From: Eledone cirrhosa
Lineage: Eukaryota
DNA: 64,000 bases
NCBI GenBank assembly: GCA_964016885.1
Contig: OZ024742.1
Coordinates: forward strand, 7,378,001 to 7,442,000
Reading direction: 5' to 3'
Position numbers and translations under genes: made by a program. The notes under the pieces were generated by a model that saw nothing but the letters and a program-made list of their open reading frames with translations, was not told the origin of the DNA and ran no database searches. Shown here in pieces: positions 11,901 through 26,700 of the stretch (position 1 is the stretch's first letter; each line of letters starts with the position of its first letter).

Positions 11901-13600
11901 TACGACTTTCTCTGTAACTGTCATAGTTTCTATGACTTTCTCTATAACTGTCATAGTTTCTACGACTTTCTCTGTAACTGTCATTGTTTCTACGACTTTC
12001 TCTGTAACTGTCATAGTTTCTACGACTTTCTCTGTAACTGTCATAGTTTCTATGACTTTCTCTGTAACTGTCATAGTTTCTACGACTTTCTCTGTAACTG
12101 TCATAGTTTCTATGACTTTCTCTGTAACTGTCATAGTTTCTATGACTTTCTCTGTAGCTGTCATAGTTTCTACGACATTCTCTGTAACTGTCATAGTTTC
12201 TACGACTTTCTCTGTAACTGTCATAGTTTCTACGACTTTCTCTGTAACTGTCATAGTTTCTATGACTTTCTCTGTAACTGTCATAGTTTCTACGACGTTC
12301 TCTGTAACTGTGAGAGTTTCTATGATTTTCTCTGTAACTGCCATAGTTTCTACGACTTTCTTTGTAACTGTCATAGTTTCTACGACTTTCTCTGTAACTG
12401 TCAGAGTGTCTACGACTTTCTCTGTAACTGTCATAGTTTCTACGATATTTTCTGTAACTGTCATAGTTTCTACGACTTTCCCTATAAATGTCATAGTTTC
12501 TACGACTTTCTCTGTAACTGTCATAGTTTCGACGACTTTCTCTGTAACTGTCATAGTTTCTACGACTTTCCCCATAACAGTCATAGTTTCTACGACTTTC
12601 TCTGTAACTGTCATAGTTTCTATGACTTTCTCTATAACTGTCATAGTTTCTACGACTTTCTCTGTAACTGTCATAGTTTCTATGACTTTCTCTATAACTG
12701 TCATAGTTTCTACGACTTTCTCTGTAATTGTCATAGTTTCTACGACTTTCTCTGTAACTGTCATAGTTTCTACGACATTCTCTGTAACTGTCATAGTTTC
12801 TACGACTTTCTATAACAGTCATAGTTTCTACGACTTTCTCTGTATCTGTCATAGTTTCTATGACTTTCTCTGTAACTGTCATAGTTTCTACGACTTTCTC
12901 TGTAACTGTCATAGTTTCTATGACTTTCTCTGTAACTGTCATAGTTTCTACGACTTTCTCTGAAACTGTCATAGTTTCTACGACTTTCTCTGTAACTTTC
13001 ATAGTTTCTATGACTTTCTCTATAACTCATAGTTTCTACGACTTTCTCTGTAACTGTCATAGTTTCTATGATTTTCTCTGTAACTGTCATAGTTTCTACG
13101 ACATTCTCTATAACTGTCATAGTTTCTACGAATTTCTCTGTAACTGTCATAGTTTCTACGACTTTCTCTGTAACTGTCATAGTTTCTACGACTTTCTCTG
13201 TAACTGTCATAGTTTCTATGATTTTCTCTGTAACTGTCATAGTTTCTACGACATTCTCTATAACTGTCATAGTTTCTACGACTTTCTCTGTAACTGTCAT
13301 AGTTTCTATGACTTTCTCTATAACTGTCATAGTTTCTACGACTTTCTCTGTAACTGTCATAGTTTCTACGACATTCTCTATAATTGTCATAGTTTCTACG
13401 ACTTTCTCTGTAACTGTCATAGTTTCTACGACTTTCTCTATAACTGTCATAGTTTCTACGATTTTCTCTGTAACTGTCATAGTTTCTACGACTTTCTCTA
13501 TAACTGTCATAGTTTCTACGATTTTCTCTGTAACTGTCATAGTTTCTACGACTTTCTCTGTAACTGTCATAGTTTCTACGACTTTCCCTATAACTGTCAT
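5950..13600. repeat. Higher-order repeat, period ~2.40-2.46 kb (~81 monomers), ~3 copies
   Basis: 33-bp monomer at 6931/9392/11823; 28-bp monomer ATAACTCATAG at 8192/10623/13022; CTTTCGCTG, CTACGGCT and GTGAGAGTT variants recur in the same order. Boundaries approximate. Confidence 0.88.
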
Positions 13601-16600
13601 AGTTTCTACGACATTCTCTGTAACTGTCATAGTTTCTACGACTTTCTCTGTAACTGTCATAGTTTCTACGATTTTCTCTGTAACTGTCATAGTTTCTACG
13701 ACATTCTCTATAACTGTCATAGTTTCTACGACTTTCTCTGTAACTTTCATAGTTTCTACGACTTTCTCTGTAACTGTCACAGTTTCTATGACTTTCTCTG
13801 TAACTGTCACAGTTTCTACGACTTTCTCTGTAACTCTCATAGTTTCTACGACGTTCTCTGTAACTGTCATAGTTTCTACGACATTCTCTGTAACTGTCAT
13901 AGTATCTACGACTTTCTCTAACTGTCATACTTTCTACGACTTTCTCTGTAACTGTCATAGTTTCTATGACTTTCTCTGTAACTGTCATAGTTTCTACGAC
14001 TTTCTCTGTAACTGTCATAGTTTCTACGACTTTCTCTGTAACTGTCATAGTTTCTACGACATTCTCTGTAACTGTCATAGTTTCTACGACTTTCCCTATA
14101 ACAGTCATAGTTTCTACGACTTTCTCTGTAACTGTCATAGTTTCTATGACTTTCTCTGTAACTGTCATAGTTTCTACGACTTTCTCTGTAACTGTCATAG
14201 TTTCTATGACTTTCTCTGTAACTGTCATAGTTTCTACGACTTTCTCTGTAACTGTCATAGTTTCTACGACTTTCTCTGAAACTGTCATAGTTTCTACGAC
14301 TTTCTCTGTATCTGTCATAGTTTCTACGACTTTCTCTGTAACTGTCATAGTTTCTATGATTTTCTCTGTAACTGTCATAGTTTCTACGACATTCTCTATA
14401 ACTCTCATAGTTTCTACGAATTTCTCTGTAACTGTCATAGTTTCTACGACTTTCTCTGTAACTGTCATAGTTTCTGCGACTTTCTCTGTAACTGTCATAG
14501 TTTCTATGATTTTCTCTGTAACTGTCATAGTTTCTACGACATTCTCTATAACTGTCATAGTTTCTACGACTTTCTCTGTAACTGTCATAGTTTCTATGAC
14601 TTTCTCTATAACTGTCATAGTTTCTACGACTTTCTCTGTAACTGTCATAGTTTCTACGACATTCTCTATAATTGTCATAGTTTCTACGACTTTCTCTGTA
14701 ACTGTCATAGTTTCTACGACATTCTCTGTAACTGTCATAGTTTCTACGACATTCTCTGTAACTGTCATAGTTTCTACGACTTTCTCTGTAACTGTCATAG
14801 TTTCTGCGACTTTCTCTGTAACTGTCATAGTTTCTATGATTTTCTCTGTAACTGTCATAGTTTCTACGACATTCTCTATAACTGTCATAGTTTCTACGAC
14901 TTTCTCTGTAACTGTCAGTTTCTATGACTTTCTCTATCACTGTCATAGTTTCTACGACTTTCTCTGTAACTGTCATAGTTTCTACGACATTCTCTATAAT
15001 TGTCATAGTTTCTACGACTTTCTCTGTAACTGTCATAGTTTCTACGACATTCTCTGTAACTGTCATAGTTTCTACGACATTCTCTGTAACTGTCATAGTT
15101 TCTACGACATTCTCTGTAACTGTCATAGTTTCTACGACATTCTCTGTAACTGTCATAGTTTCTACGACTTTCTCTGTAACTGTCATAGTTTCTATGACTT
15201 TTTCTGTAACTGTCATAGTTTCTATGACTTTCTCTATAACTGTCATAGTTTCTACGACTTTCTCTGTAACTGTCATATTTTCTACGACTTTCTCTGTAAC
15301 TGTCATAGTTTCTACGACGTTCTCTGTAACTGTGAGAGTTTCTATGATTTTCTCTGTAACTGCCATAGTTTCTACGACTTTCTTTGTAACTGTCATAGTT
15401 TCTACGACTTTCTCTGTAACTGTCAGAGTGTCTACGACTTTCTCTGTAACTGTCATAGTTTCTACGACTTTCTCTGTAACTGTCATAGTTTCTACGACGT
15501 TCTCTGTAACTGTGAGAGTTTCTATGATTTTCTCTGTAACTGCCATAGTTTCTACGACATTCTCTGTAACTGTCATAGTTTCTACGACTTTCCCTATAAC
15601 AGTCATAGTTTCTACGACTTTCTCTGTAACTGTCATAGTTTCTATGACTTTCTCTGTAACTGTCATAGTTTCTACGACTTTCTCTGTAACTGTCATAGTT
15701 TCTATGACTTTCTCTGTAACTGTCATAGTTTCTACGACTTTCTCTGTAACTGTCATAGTTTCTACGACTTTCTCTGAAACTGTCATAGTTTCTACGACTT
15801 TCTCTGTATCTGTCATAGTTTCTACGACTTTCTCTGTAACTGTCATAGTTTCTATGATTTTCTCTGTAACTGTCATAGTTTCTACGACATTCTCTATAAC
15901 TCTCATAGTTTCTACGAATTTCTCTGTAACTGTCATAGTTTCTACGACTTTCTCTGTAACTGTCATAGTTTCTGCGACTTTCTCTGTAACTGTCATAGTT
16001 TCTATGATTTTCTCTGTAACTGTCATAGTTTCTACGACATTCTCTATAACTGTCATAGTTTCTACGACTTTCTCTGTAACTGTCATAGTTTCTATGACTT
16101 TCTCTATAACTGTCATAGTTTCTACGACTTTCTCTGTAACTGTCATAGTTTCTACGACATTCTCTATAATTGTCATAGTTTCTACGACTTTCTCTGTAAC
16201 TGTCATAGTTTCTACGACATTCTCTGTAACTGTCATAGTTTCTACGACATTCTCTGTAACTGTCATAGTTTCTACGACTTTCTCTGTAACTGTCATAGTT
16301 TCTGCGACTTTCTCTGTAACTGTCATAGTTTCTATGATTTTCTCTGTAACTGTCATAGTTTCTACGACATTCTCTATAACTGTCATAGTTTCTACGACTT
16401 TCTCTGTAACTGTCATAGTTTCTATGACTTTCTCTATAACTGTCATAGTTTCTACGACTTTCTCTGTAACTGTCATAGTTTCTACGACATTCTCTATAAT
16501 TGTCATAGTTTCTACGACTTTCTCTGTAACTGTCATAGTTTCTACGACATTCTCTGTAACTGTCATAGTTTCTACGACATTCTCTGTAACTGTCATAGTT

Positions 16601-19600
16601 TCTACGACTTTCTCTGTAACTGTCATAGTTTCTATGACTTTTTCTGTAACTGTCATAGTTTCTATGACTTTCTCTATAACTGTCATAGTTTCTATGACTT
16701 TCTCTGTACCTATCATAGTTTCTACTACTTTCTCTGTAACTGTCATAGTTTCTACGACTTTCTCTGTAACTGTCATAGTTTCTACGATTTCTCTGTAACT
16801 GTCATAGTTTCTATGACTTTCTCTGTAACTGTTATAGTTTCTACGACTTTCCCTATAACTGTCATAGTTTCTACGACTTTCTCTGTAACTGTCATAGTTT
16901 CTACGACATTCTCTGTAACTGTCATAGTTTCTACGACATTCTCTGTAACTGTCATAGTTTCTACGACTTTCTCTGTAACTGTCATAGTTTCTATGACTTT
17001 TTCTGTAACTGTCATAGTTTCTATGACTTTCTCTATAACTGTCATAGTTTCTACGACTTTCTCTGTAACTGTCATATTTTCTACGACTTTCTCTGTAACT
17101 GTCATAGTTTCTACGACTTTCTCTGTAACTGTCATAGTTTCTACGACGTTCTCTGTAACTGTGAGAGTTTCTATGATTTTCTCTGTAACTGCCATAGTTT
17201 CTACGACTTTCTTTGTAACTGTCATAGTTTCTACGACTTTCTCTGTAACTGTCAGAGTGTCTACGACTTTCTCTGTAACTGTCATAGTTTCTACGATATT
17301 TTCTGTAACTGTCATAGTTTCTACGACTTTCCCTATAAATGTCATAGTTTCTACGACTTTCTCTGTAACTGTCATAGTTTCGACGACTTTCTCTGTAACT
17401 GTCATAGTTTCTACGACTTTCCCCATAACAGTCATAGTTTCTACGACTTTCTCTGTAACTGTCATAGTTTCTATGACTTTCTCTATAACTGTCATAGTTT
17501 CTACGACTTTCTCTGTAACTGTCATAGTTTCTATGACTTTCTCTATAACTGTCATAGTTTCTACGACTTTCTCTGTAATTGTCATAGTTTCTACGACTTT
17601 CTCTGTAACTGTCATAGTTTCTACGACATTCTCTGTAACTGTCATAGTTTCTACGACTTTCTCTATAACAGTCATAGTTTCTACGACTTTCTCTGTATCT
17701 GTCATAGTTTCTATGACTTTCTCTGTAACTGTCATAGTTTCTACGACTTTCTCTGTAACTGTCATAGTTTCTATGACTTTCTCTGTAACTGTCATAGTTT
17801 CTACGACTTTCTCTGTAACTGTCATAGTTTCTACGACTTTCTCTGAAACTGTCATAGTTTCTACGACTTTCTCTGTAACTTTCATAGTTTCTATGACTTT
17901 CTCTATAACTCATAGTTTCTACGACTTTCTCTGTAACTGTCATAGTTTCTATGATTTTCTCTGTAACTGTCATAGTTTCTACGACTTTCTCTGTAACTGT
18001 CATAGTTTCTACGACTTTCTCTGTAACTGTCATAGTTTCTATGATTTTCTCTGTAACTGTCATAGTTTCTACGACATTCTCTATAACTGTCATAGTTTCT
18101 ACGACTTTCTCTGTAACTGTCATAGTTTCTATGACTTTCTCTATAACTGTCATAGTTTCTACGACTTTCTCTGTAACTGTCATAGTTTCTACGACATTCT
18201 CTATAATTGTCATAGTTTCTACGACTTTCTCTGTAACTGTCATAGTTTCTACGACTTTCTCTATAACTGTCATAGTTTCTACGATTTTCTCTGTAACTGT
18301 CATAGTTTCTACGACTTTCTCTATAACTGTCATAGTTTCTATGATTTTCTCTGTAACTGTCATAGTTTCTACGACTTTCTCTGTAACTGTCATAGTTTCT
18401 ACGACTTTCCCTATAACTGTCATAGTTTCTACGACATTCTCTGTAACTGTCATAGTTTCTACGACTTTCTCTGTAACTGTCATAGTTTCTACGATTTTCT
18501 CTGTAACTGTCATAGTTTCTACGACATTCTCTATAACTGTCATAGTTTCTACGACTTTCTCTGTAACTTTCATAGTTTCTACGACTTTCTCTGTAACTGT
18601 CATAGTTTCTATGACTTTCTCTGTAACTGTCACAGTTTCTACGACTTTCTCTGTAACTCTCATAGTTTCTACGACGTTCTCTGTAACTGTCATAGTTTCT
18701 ACGACATTCTCTGTAACTGTCATAGTATCTACGACTTTCTCTAACTGTCATACTTTCTACGACTTTCTCTGTAACTGTCATAGTTTCTATGACTTTCTCT
18801 GTAACTGTCATAGTTTCTACGACTTTCTCTGTAACTGTCATAGTTTCTACGACTTTCTCTGTAACTGTCATAGTTTCTACGACATTCTCTGTAACTGTCA
18901 TAGTTTCTACGACTTTCCCTATAACAGTCATAGTTTCTACGACTTTCTCTGTAACTGTCATAGTTTCTATGACTTTCTCTGTAACTGTCATAGTTTCTAC
19001 GACTTTCTCTGTAACTGTCATAGTTTCTATGACTTTCTCTGTAACTGTCATAGTTTCTACGACTTTCTCTGTAACTGTCATAGTTTCTACGACTTTCTCT
19101 GAAACTGTCATAGTTTCTACGACTTTCTCTGTATCTGTCATAGTTTCTACGACTTTCTCTGTAACTGTCATAGTTTCTATGATTTTCTCTGTAACTGTCA
19201 TAGTTTCTACGACATTCTCTATAACTCTCATAGTTTCTACGAATTTCTCTGTAACTGTCATAGTTTCTACGACTTTCTCTGTAACTGTCATAGTTTCTGC
19301 GACTTTCTCTGTAACTGTCATAGTTTCTATGATTTTCTCTGTAACTGTCATAGTTTCTACGACATTCTCTATAACTGTCATAGTTTCTACGACTTTCTCT
19401 GTAACTGTCATAGTTTCTATGACTTTCTCTATAACTGTCATAGTTTCTACGACTTTCTCTGTAACTGTCATAGTTTCTACGACATTCTCTATAATTGTCA
19501 TAGTTTCTACGACTTTCTCTGTAACTGTCATAGTTTCTACGACATTCTCTGTAACTGTCATAGTTTCTACGACATTCTCTGTAACTGTCATAGTTTCTAC
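12300..19600. repeat. Duplicated block at ~4.82-4.88 kb offset with rearranged intervening copies
   Basis: AGTATCTACGACTTTCTCTAACTGTCATAC at 13901 and 18724 (4823 bp); ATAACTCATAG at 13022 and 17905 (4883 bp). Boundaries approximate. Confidence 0.72.
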
Positions 19601-20799
19601 GACTTTCTCTGTAACTGTCATAGTTTCTATGACTTTTTCTGTAACTGTCATAGTTTCTATGACTTTCTCTATAACTGTCATAGTTTCTATGACTTTCTCT
19701 GTACCTATCATAGTTTCTACTACTTTCTCTGTAACTGTCATAGTTTCTACGACTTTCTCTGTAACTGTCATAGTTTCTACGATTTCTCTGTAACTGTCAT
19801 AGTTTCTACGACTTTCCCTATAACTGTCATAGTTTCTACGACTTTCTCTGTAACTGTCATAGTTTCTACGACATTCTCTGTAACTGTCATAGTTTCTACG
19901 ACATTCTCTGTAACTGTCATAGTTTCTACGACTTTCTCTGTAACTGTCATAGTTTCTATGACTTTTTCTGTAACTGTCATAGTTTCTATGACTTTCTCTA
20001 TAACTGTCATAGTTTCTACGACTTTCTCTGTAACTGTCATATTTTCTACGACTTTCTCTGTAACTGTCATAGTTTCTACGACTTTCTCTATAACTGTCAT
20101 AGTTTCTACGATTTTCTCTGTAACTGTCATAGTTTCTACGACTTTCTCTATAACTGTCATAGTTTCTACGATTTTCTCTGTAACTGTCATAGTTTCTACG
20201 ACTTTCTCTGTAACTGTCATAGTTTCTACGACTTTCCCTATAACTGTCATAGTTTCTACGACTTTCTCTGTAACTGTCATAGTTTCTACGAATTTCTCTG
20301 TAACTGTCATAGTTTCTACGACTTTCTCTGTAACTGTCAGTTTCTACGACTTTCTCTGTAACTGTCATAGTTTCTATGATTTTCTCTGTAACTGTCATAG
20401 TTTCTACGACATTCTCTATAACTGTCATAGTTTCTACGACTTTCTCTGTAACTGTCATAGTTTCTATGACTTTCTCTATAACTGTCATAGTTTCTACGAC
20501 TTTCTCTGTAACTGTCATAGTTTCGACGACTTTCTCTGTAACTGTCATAGTTTCTACGACTTTCCCCATAACAGTCTTAGTTTCTACGACTTTCTCTGTA
20601 ACTGTCATAGTTTCTATGACTTTCTCTATAACTGTCATAGTTTCTACGACTTTCTCTGTAACTGTCATAGTTTCTACGACATTCTCTGTAACTGTCATAG
20701 TTTCTACGACATTCTCTGTAACTGTCATAGTTTCTACGACTTTCTCTGTAACTGTCATAGTTTCTACGACTTTCTCTGTAACTGTCATATTTTCTATGA

Positions 20800-23700
20800 C
20801 TTTTTCTGTAACTGTCATAGTTTCTATGACTTTCTCTATAACTGTCATAGTTTCTATGACTTTCTCTGTACCTATCATAGTTTCTACTACTTTCTCTGTA
20901 ACTGTCATAGTTTCTACGACTTTCTCTGTAACTGTCATAGTTTCTACGACTTTCTCTGTAACTGTCATAGTTTCTACGACTTTCCCTATAACTGTCATAG
21001 TTTCTACGACTTTCTCTGTAACTGTCATAGTTTCTACGACATTCTCTGTAACTGTCATAGTTTCTACAACTTTCTCTGTAACTGTCATAGTTTCTACGAC
21101 TTTCTCTGTAACTGTCATAGTTTCTACGACATTCTCTGTAATTGTCATAGTTTCTATGACTTTCTCTATAACTGTCATAGTTTTTACGACTTTCTCTGTA
21201 ACTGTCATAGTTTCTATGACTTTCTTTGTAACTGTCATAGTTTCTACGACTTTCTCTGTAACTGTTATAGTTTCTACGACTTTCTCTGTAACTGTTATAA
21301 TAGTTTCTATGACTTTCTCTGTAACTGTCATAGTTTCTACGACTTTCTCTGTAACTGTCATATTTTCTACGACTTTCTCTGTAACTGTCATAGTTTCTAT
21401 GACATTATCTATAACTGTCATAGTTTCTACGACTTTATCTGTAACTGTCATTGTTTCTACGACTTTCTCTGTAACTGTCATAGTTTCTATGATTTTCTCT
21501 GTAACTGTCATAGTTTCTACGACTTTCTCTGTAACTGTCATAGTTTCTATGACTTTCTCTGTGACTGTCATAGTTTCTACGACTTTCTCCGTAACTGTCA
21601 TAGTTTCTATGACTTTCTCTATAACTGTCATAGTTTCTATGACTTTCTCTGTAGCTGTCATAGTTTCTACGACATTCTCTGTAACGGTCATAGTTTCTAC
21701 GACTTTCTCTGTAACTGTCATACTTTCTGCGACTTTCTCTGTAACTGTCATAGTTTCTATGACTTTCTCTGTAACTGTCATAGTTTCTATGACTTTCTCT
21801 GTAACTGTCATAGTTTCTACGACGTTCTCTGTAACTGTGATAGTTTCTATGACTTTCTCTGTAACTGCCATAGTTTCTACGACTTTCTCTGTAACTGTCA
21901 TAGTTTCTACGACTTTCTCTATAACTGTCATAGTTTCTATGACATTCTCTGTAACTATCATAGTTTCTACAACATTCTCTATAACTGTCATAGTTTCTAC
22001 GAATTTCTCTGTAACTGTCATAGTTTCTACGACTTTCTCTGTAACTGTCATAGTTTCTACGACTTTCTCTGTAACTGTCATAGTTTCTATGATTTTCTCT
22101 GTAACTGTCATAGTTTCTACGACATTCTCTATAACTGTCATAGTTTCTACGACTTTCTCTGTAACTGTCATAGTTTCTATGACTTTCTCTATAACTGTCA
22201 TAGTTTCTACGACTATCTCTGTAACTGTCATAGTTTCTACGACATTCTCTATAATTGTCATAGTTTCTACGACTTTCTCTGTAACTGTCATAGTTTCTAC
22301 GACATTCTCTGTAACTGTCATAGTTTCTACGACATTCTCTGTAACTGTCATAGTTTCTACGACTTTCTCTGTAACTGTCATAGTTTCTATGACTTTTTCT
22401 GTAACTGTCATAGTTTCTATGACTTTCTCTATAACTGTCATAGTTTCTATGACTTTCTCTGTACCTATCATAGTTTCTACTACTTTCTCTGTAACTGTCA
22501 TAGTTTCTACGACTTTCTCTGTAACTGTCATAGTTTCTACGACTTTCTCTGTAACTGTCATAGTTTCTACGACTTTCCCTATAACTGTCATAGTTTCTAC
22601 GACTTTCTCTGTAACTGTCATAGTTTCTACGACATTCTCTGTAACTGTCATAGTTTCTACAACTTTCTCTGTAACTGTCATAGTTTCTACGACTTTCTCT
22701 GTAACTGTCATAGTTTCTACGACATTCTCTGTAATTGTCATAGTTTCTATGACTTTCTCTATAACTGTCATAGTTTTTACGACTTTCTCTGTAACTGTCA
22801 TAGTTTCTATGACTTTCTCTGTAACTGTCATAGTTTCTACGACTTTTTCTGTAACTGTCATAGTTTCTACGACTTTCTCTGTAACTGTTATAATAGTTTC
22901 TATGACTTTCTCTGTAACTGTCATAGTTTCTACGACTTTCTCTGTAACTGTCATATTTTCTACGACTTTCTCTGTAACTGTCATAGTTTCTATGACTTTC
23001 TCTGTAACTGTCATAGTTTCTACGACTTTCTCCGTAACTGTCATAGTTTCTATGACTTTCTCTATAACTGTCATAGTTTCTATGACTTTCTCTGTAGCTG
23101 TCATAGTTTCTACGACATTCTCTGTAACTGTCATAGTTTCTACGACTTTCTCTGTAACTGTCATACTTTCTGCGACTTTCTCTGTAACTGTCATAGTTTC
23201 TATGACTTTCTCTGTAACTGTCATAGTTTCTATGACTTTCTCTGTAACTGTCATAGTTTCTACGACGTTCTCTGTAACTGTGATAGTTTCTATGACTTTC
23301 TCTGTAACTGCCATAGTTTCTACGACTTTCTCTGTAACTGTCATAGTTTCTACGACTTTCTCTATAACTGTCATAGTTTCTATGACATTCTCTGTAACTG
23401 TCATAGTTTCTACGACATTCTCTATAACTGTCATAGTTTCTACGAATTTCTCTGTAACTGTCATAGTTTCTACGACTTTCTCTGTAACTGTCATAGTTTC
23501 TACGACTTTCTCTGTAACTGTCATAGTTTCTATGATTTTCTCTGTAACTGTCATAGTTTCTACGACATTCTCTATAACTGTCATAGTTTCTACGACTTTC
23601 TCTGTAACTGTCATAGTTTCTATGACTTTCTCTATAACTGTCATAGTTTCTACGACTATCTCTGTAACTGTCATAGTTTCTACGACATTCTCTATAATTG

Positions 23701-26700
23701 TCATAGTTTCTACGACTTTCTCTGTAACTGTCATAGTTTCTACGACATTCTCTGTAACTGTCATAGTTTCTACGACATTCTCTGTAACTGTCATAGTTTC
23801 TACGACTTTCTCTGTAACTGTCATAGTTTCTATGACTTTTTCTGTAACTGTCATAGTTTCTATGACTTTCTCTATAACTGTCATAGTTTCTATGACTTTC
23901 TCTGTACCTATCATAGTTTCTACTACTTTCTCTGTAACTGTCATAGTTTCTACGACTTTCTCTGTAACTGTCAGTTTCTACGACTTTCTCTGTAACTGTC
24001 ATAGTTTCTACGACTTTCCCTATAACTGTCATATTTTCTACGACTTTCTCTGTAACTGTCATAGTTTCTACGACATTCTCTGTAACTGTCATAGTTTCTA
24101 CAACTTTCTCTGTAACTGTCATAGTTTCTACGACTTTCTCTGTAACTGTCATAGTTTCTACGACATTCTCTGTAATTGTCATAGTTTCTATGACTTTCTC
24201 TATAACTGTCATAGTTTTTACGACTTTCTCTGTAACTGTCATAGTTTCTATGACTTTCTCTGTAACTGTCATAGTTTCTACGACTTTCTCTGTAACTGTC
24301 ATAGTTTCTACGACTTTCTCTGTAACTGTTATAATAGTTTCTATGACTTTCTCTGTAACTGTCATAGTTTCTACGACTTTCTCTGTAACTGTCATATTTT
24401 CTACGACTTTCTCTGTAACTGTCATAGTTACTATGACATTCTCTATAACTGTCATAGTTTCTACGACTTTATCTGTAACTGTCATTGTTTCTACGACTTT
24501 CTCTGTAACTGTCATAGTTTCTATGATTTTCTCTGTAACTGTCATAGTTTCTACGACTTTCTCTGTAACTGTCATAGTTTCTATGACTTTCTCTGTAACT
24601 GTCATAGTTTCTACGACTTTCTCCGTAACTGTCATAGTTTCTATGACTTTCTCTATAACTGTCATAGTTTCTATGACTTTCTCTGTAGCTGTCATAGTTT
24701 CTACGACATTCTCTGTAACTGTCATAGTTTCTACGACTTTCTCTGTAACTGTCATACTTTCTGCGACTTTCTCTGTAACTGTCATAGTTTCTATGACTTT
24801 CTCTGTAACTGTCATAGTTTCTATGACTTTCTCTGTAACTGTCATAGTTTCTACGACGTTCTCTGTAACTGTGATAGTTTCTATGACTTTCTCTGTAACT
24901 GCCATAGTTTCTACGACTTTCTCTGTAACTGTCATAGTTTCTACGACTTTCTCTATAACTGTCATAGTTTCTATGACATTCTCTGTAACTGTCATAGTTT
25001 CTACGACATTCTCTATAACTGTCATAGTTTCTACGAATTTCTCTGTAACTGTCATAGTTTCTACGACTTTCTCTGTAACTGTCATAGTTTCTACGACTTT
25101 CTCTGTAACTGTCATAGTTTCTATGATTTTCTCTGTAACTGTCATAGTTTCTACGACATTCTCTATAACTGTCATAGTTTCTACGACTTTCTCTGTAACT
25201 GTCATAGTTTCTATGACTTTCTCTATAACTGTCATAGTTTCTACGACTATCTCTGTAACTGTCATAGTTTCTACGACATTCTCTATAATTGTCATAGTTT
25301 CTACGACTTTCTCTGTAACTGTCATAGTTTCTACGACATTCTCTGTAACTGTCATAGTTTCTACGACATTCTCTGTAACTGTCATAGTTTCTACGACTTT
25401 CTCTGTAACTGTCATAGTTTCTATGACTTTTTCTGTAACTGTCATAGTTTCTATGACTTTCTCTATAACTGTCATAGTTTCTATGACTTTCTCTGTACCT
25501 ATCATAGTTTCTACTACTTTCTCTGTAACTGTCATAGTTTCTACGACTTTCTCTGTAACTGTCATAGTTTCTACGACTTTCTCTGTAACTGTCATAGTTT
25601 CTACGACTTTCCCTATAACTGTCATAGTTTCTACGACTTTCTCTGTAACTGTCATAGTTTCTACGACATTCTCTGTAACTGTCATAGTTTCTACAACTTT
25701 CTCTGTAACTGTCATAGTTTCTACGACTTTCTCTGTAACTGTCATAGTTTCTACGACATTCTCTGTAATTGTCATAGTTTCTATGACTTTCTCTATAACT
25801 GTCATAGTTTTTACGACTTTCTCTGTAACTGTCATAGTTTCTATGACTTTCTCTGTAACTGTCATAGTTTCTACGACTTTCTCTGTAACTGTCATAGTTT
25901 CTACGACTTTCTCTGTAACTGTTATAATAGTTTCTATGACTTTCTCTGTAACTGTCATAGTTTCTACGACTTTCTCTGTAACTGTCATATTTTCTACGAC
26001 TTTCTCTGTAACTGTCATAGTTACTATGACATTCTCTATAACTGTCATAGTTTCTACGACTTTATCTGTAACTGTCATTGTTTCTACGACTTTCTCTGTA
26101 ACTGTCATAGTTTCTATGATTTTCTCTGTAACTGTCATAGTTTCTACGACTTTCTCTGTAACTGTCATAGTTTCTATGACTTTCTCTGTAACTGTCATAG
26201 TTTCTACGACTTTCTCCGTAACTGTCATAGTTTCTATGACTTTCTCTATAACTGTCATAGTTTCTATGACTTTCTCTGTAGCTGTCATAGTTTCTACGAC
26301 ATTCTCTGTAACTGTCATAGTTTCTACGACTTTCTCTGTAACTGTCATACTTTCTGCGACTTTCTCTGTAACTGTCATAGTTTCTATGACTTTCTCTGTA
26401 ACTGTCATAGTTTCTATGACTTTCTCTGTAACTGTCATAGTTTCTACGACGTTCTCTGTAACTGTGATAGTTTCTATGACTTTCTCTGTAACTGCCATAG
26501 TTTCTACGACTTTCTCTGTAACTGTCATAGTTTCTACGACTTTCTCTATAACTGTCATAGTTTCTATGACATTCTCTGTAACTGTCATAGTTTCTACGAC
26601 ATTCTCTATAACTGTCATAGTTTCTACGAATTTCTCTGTAACTGTCATAGTTTCTACGACTTTCTCTGTAACTGTCATAGTTTCTACGACTTTCTCTGTA

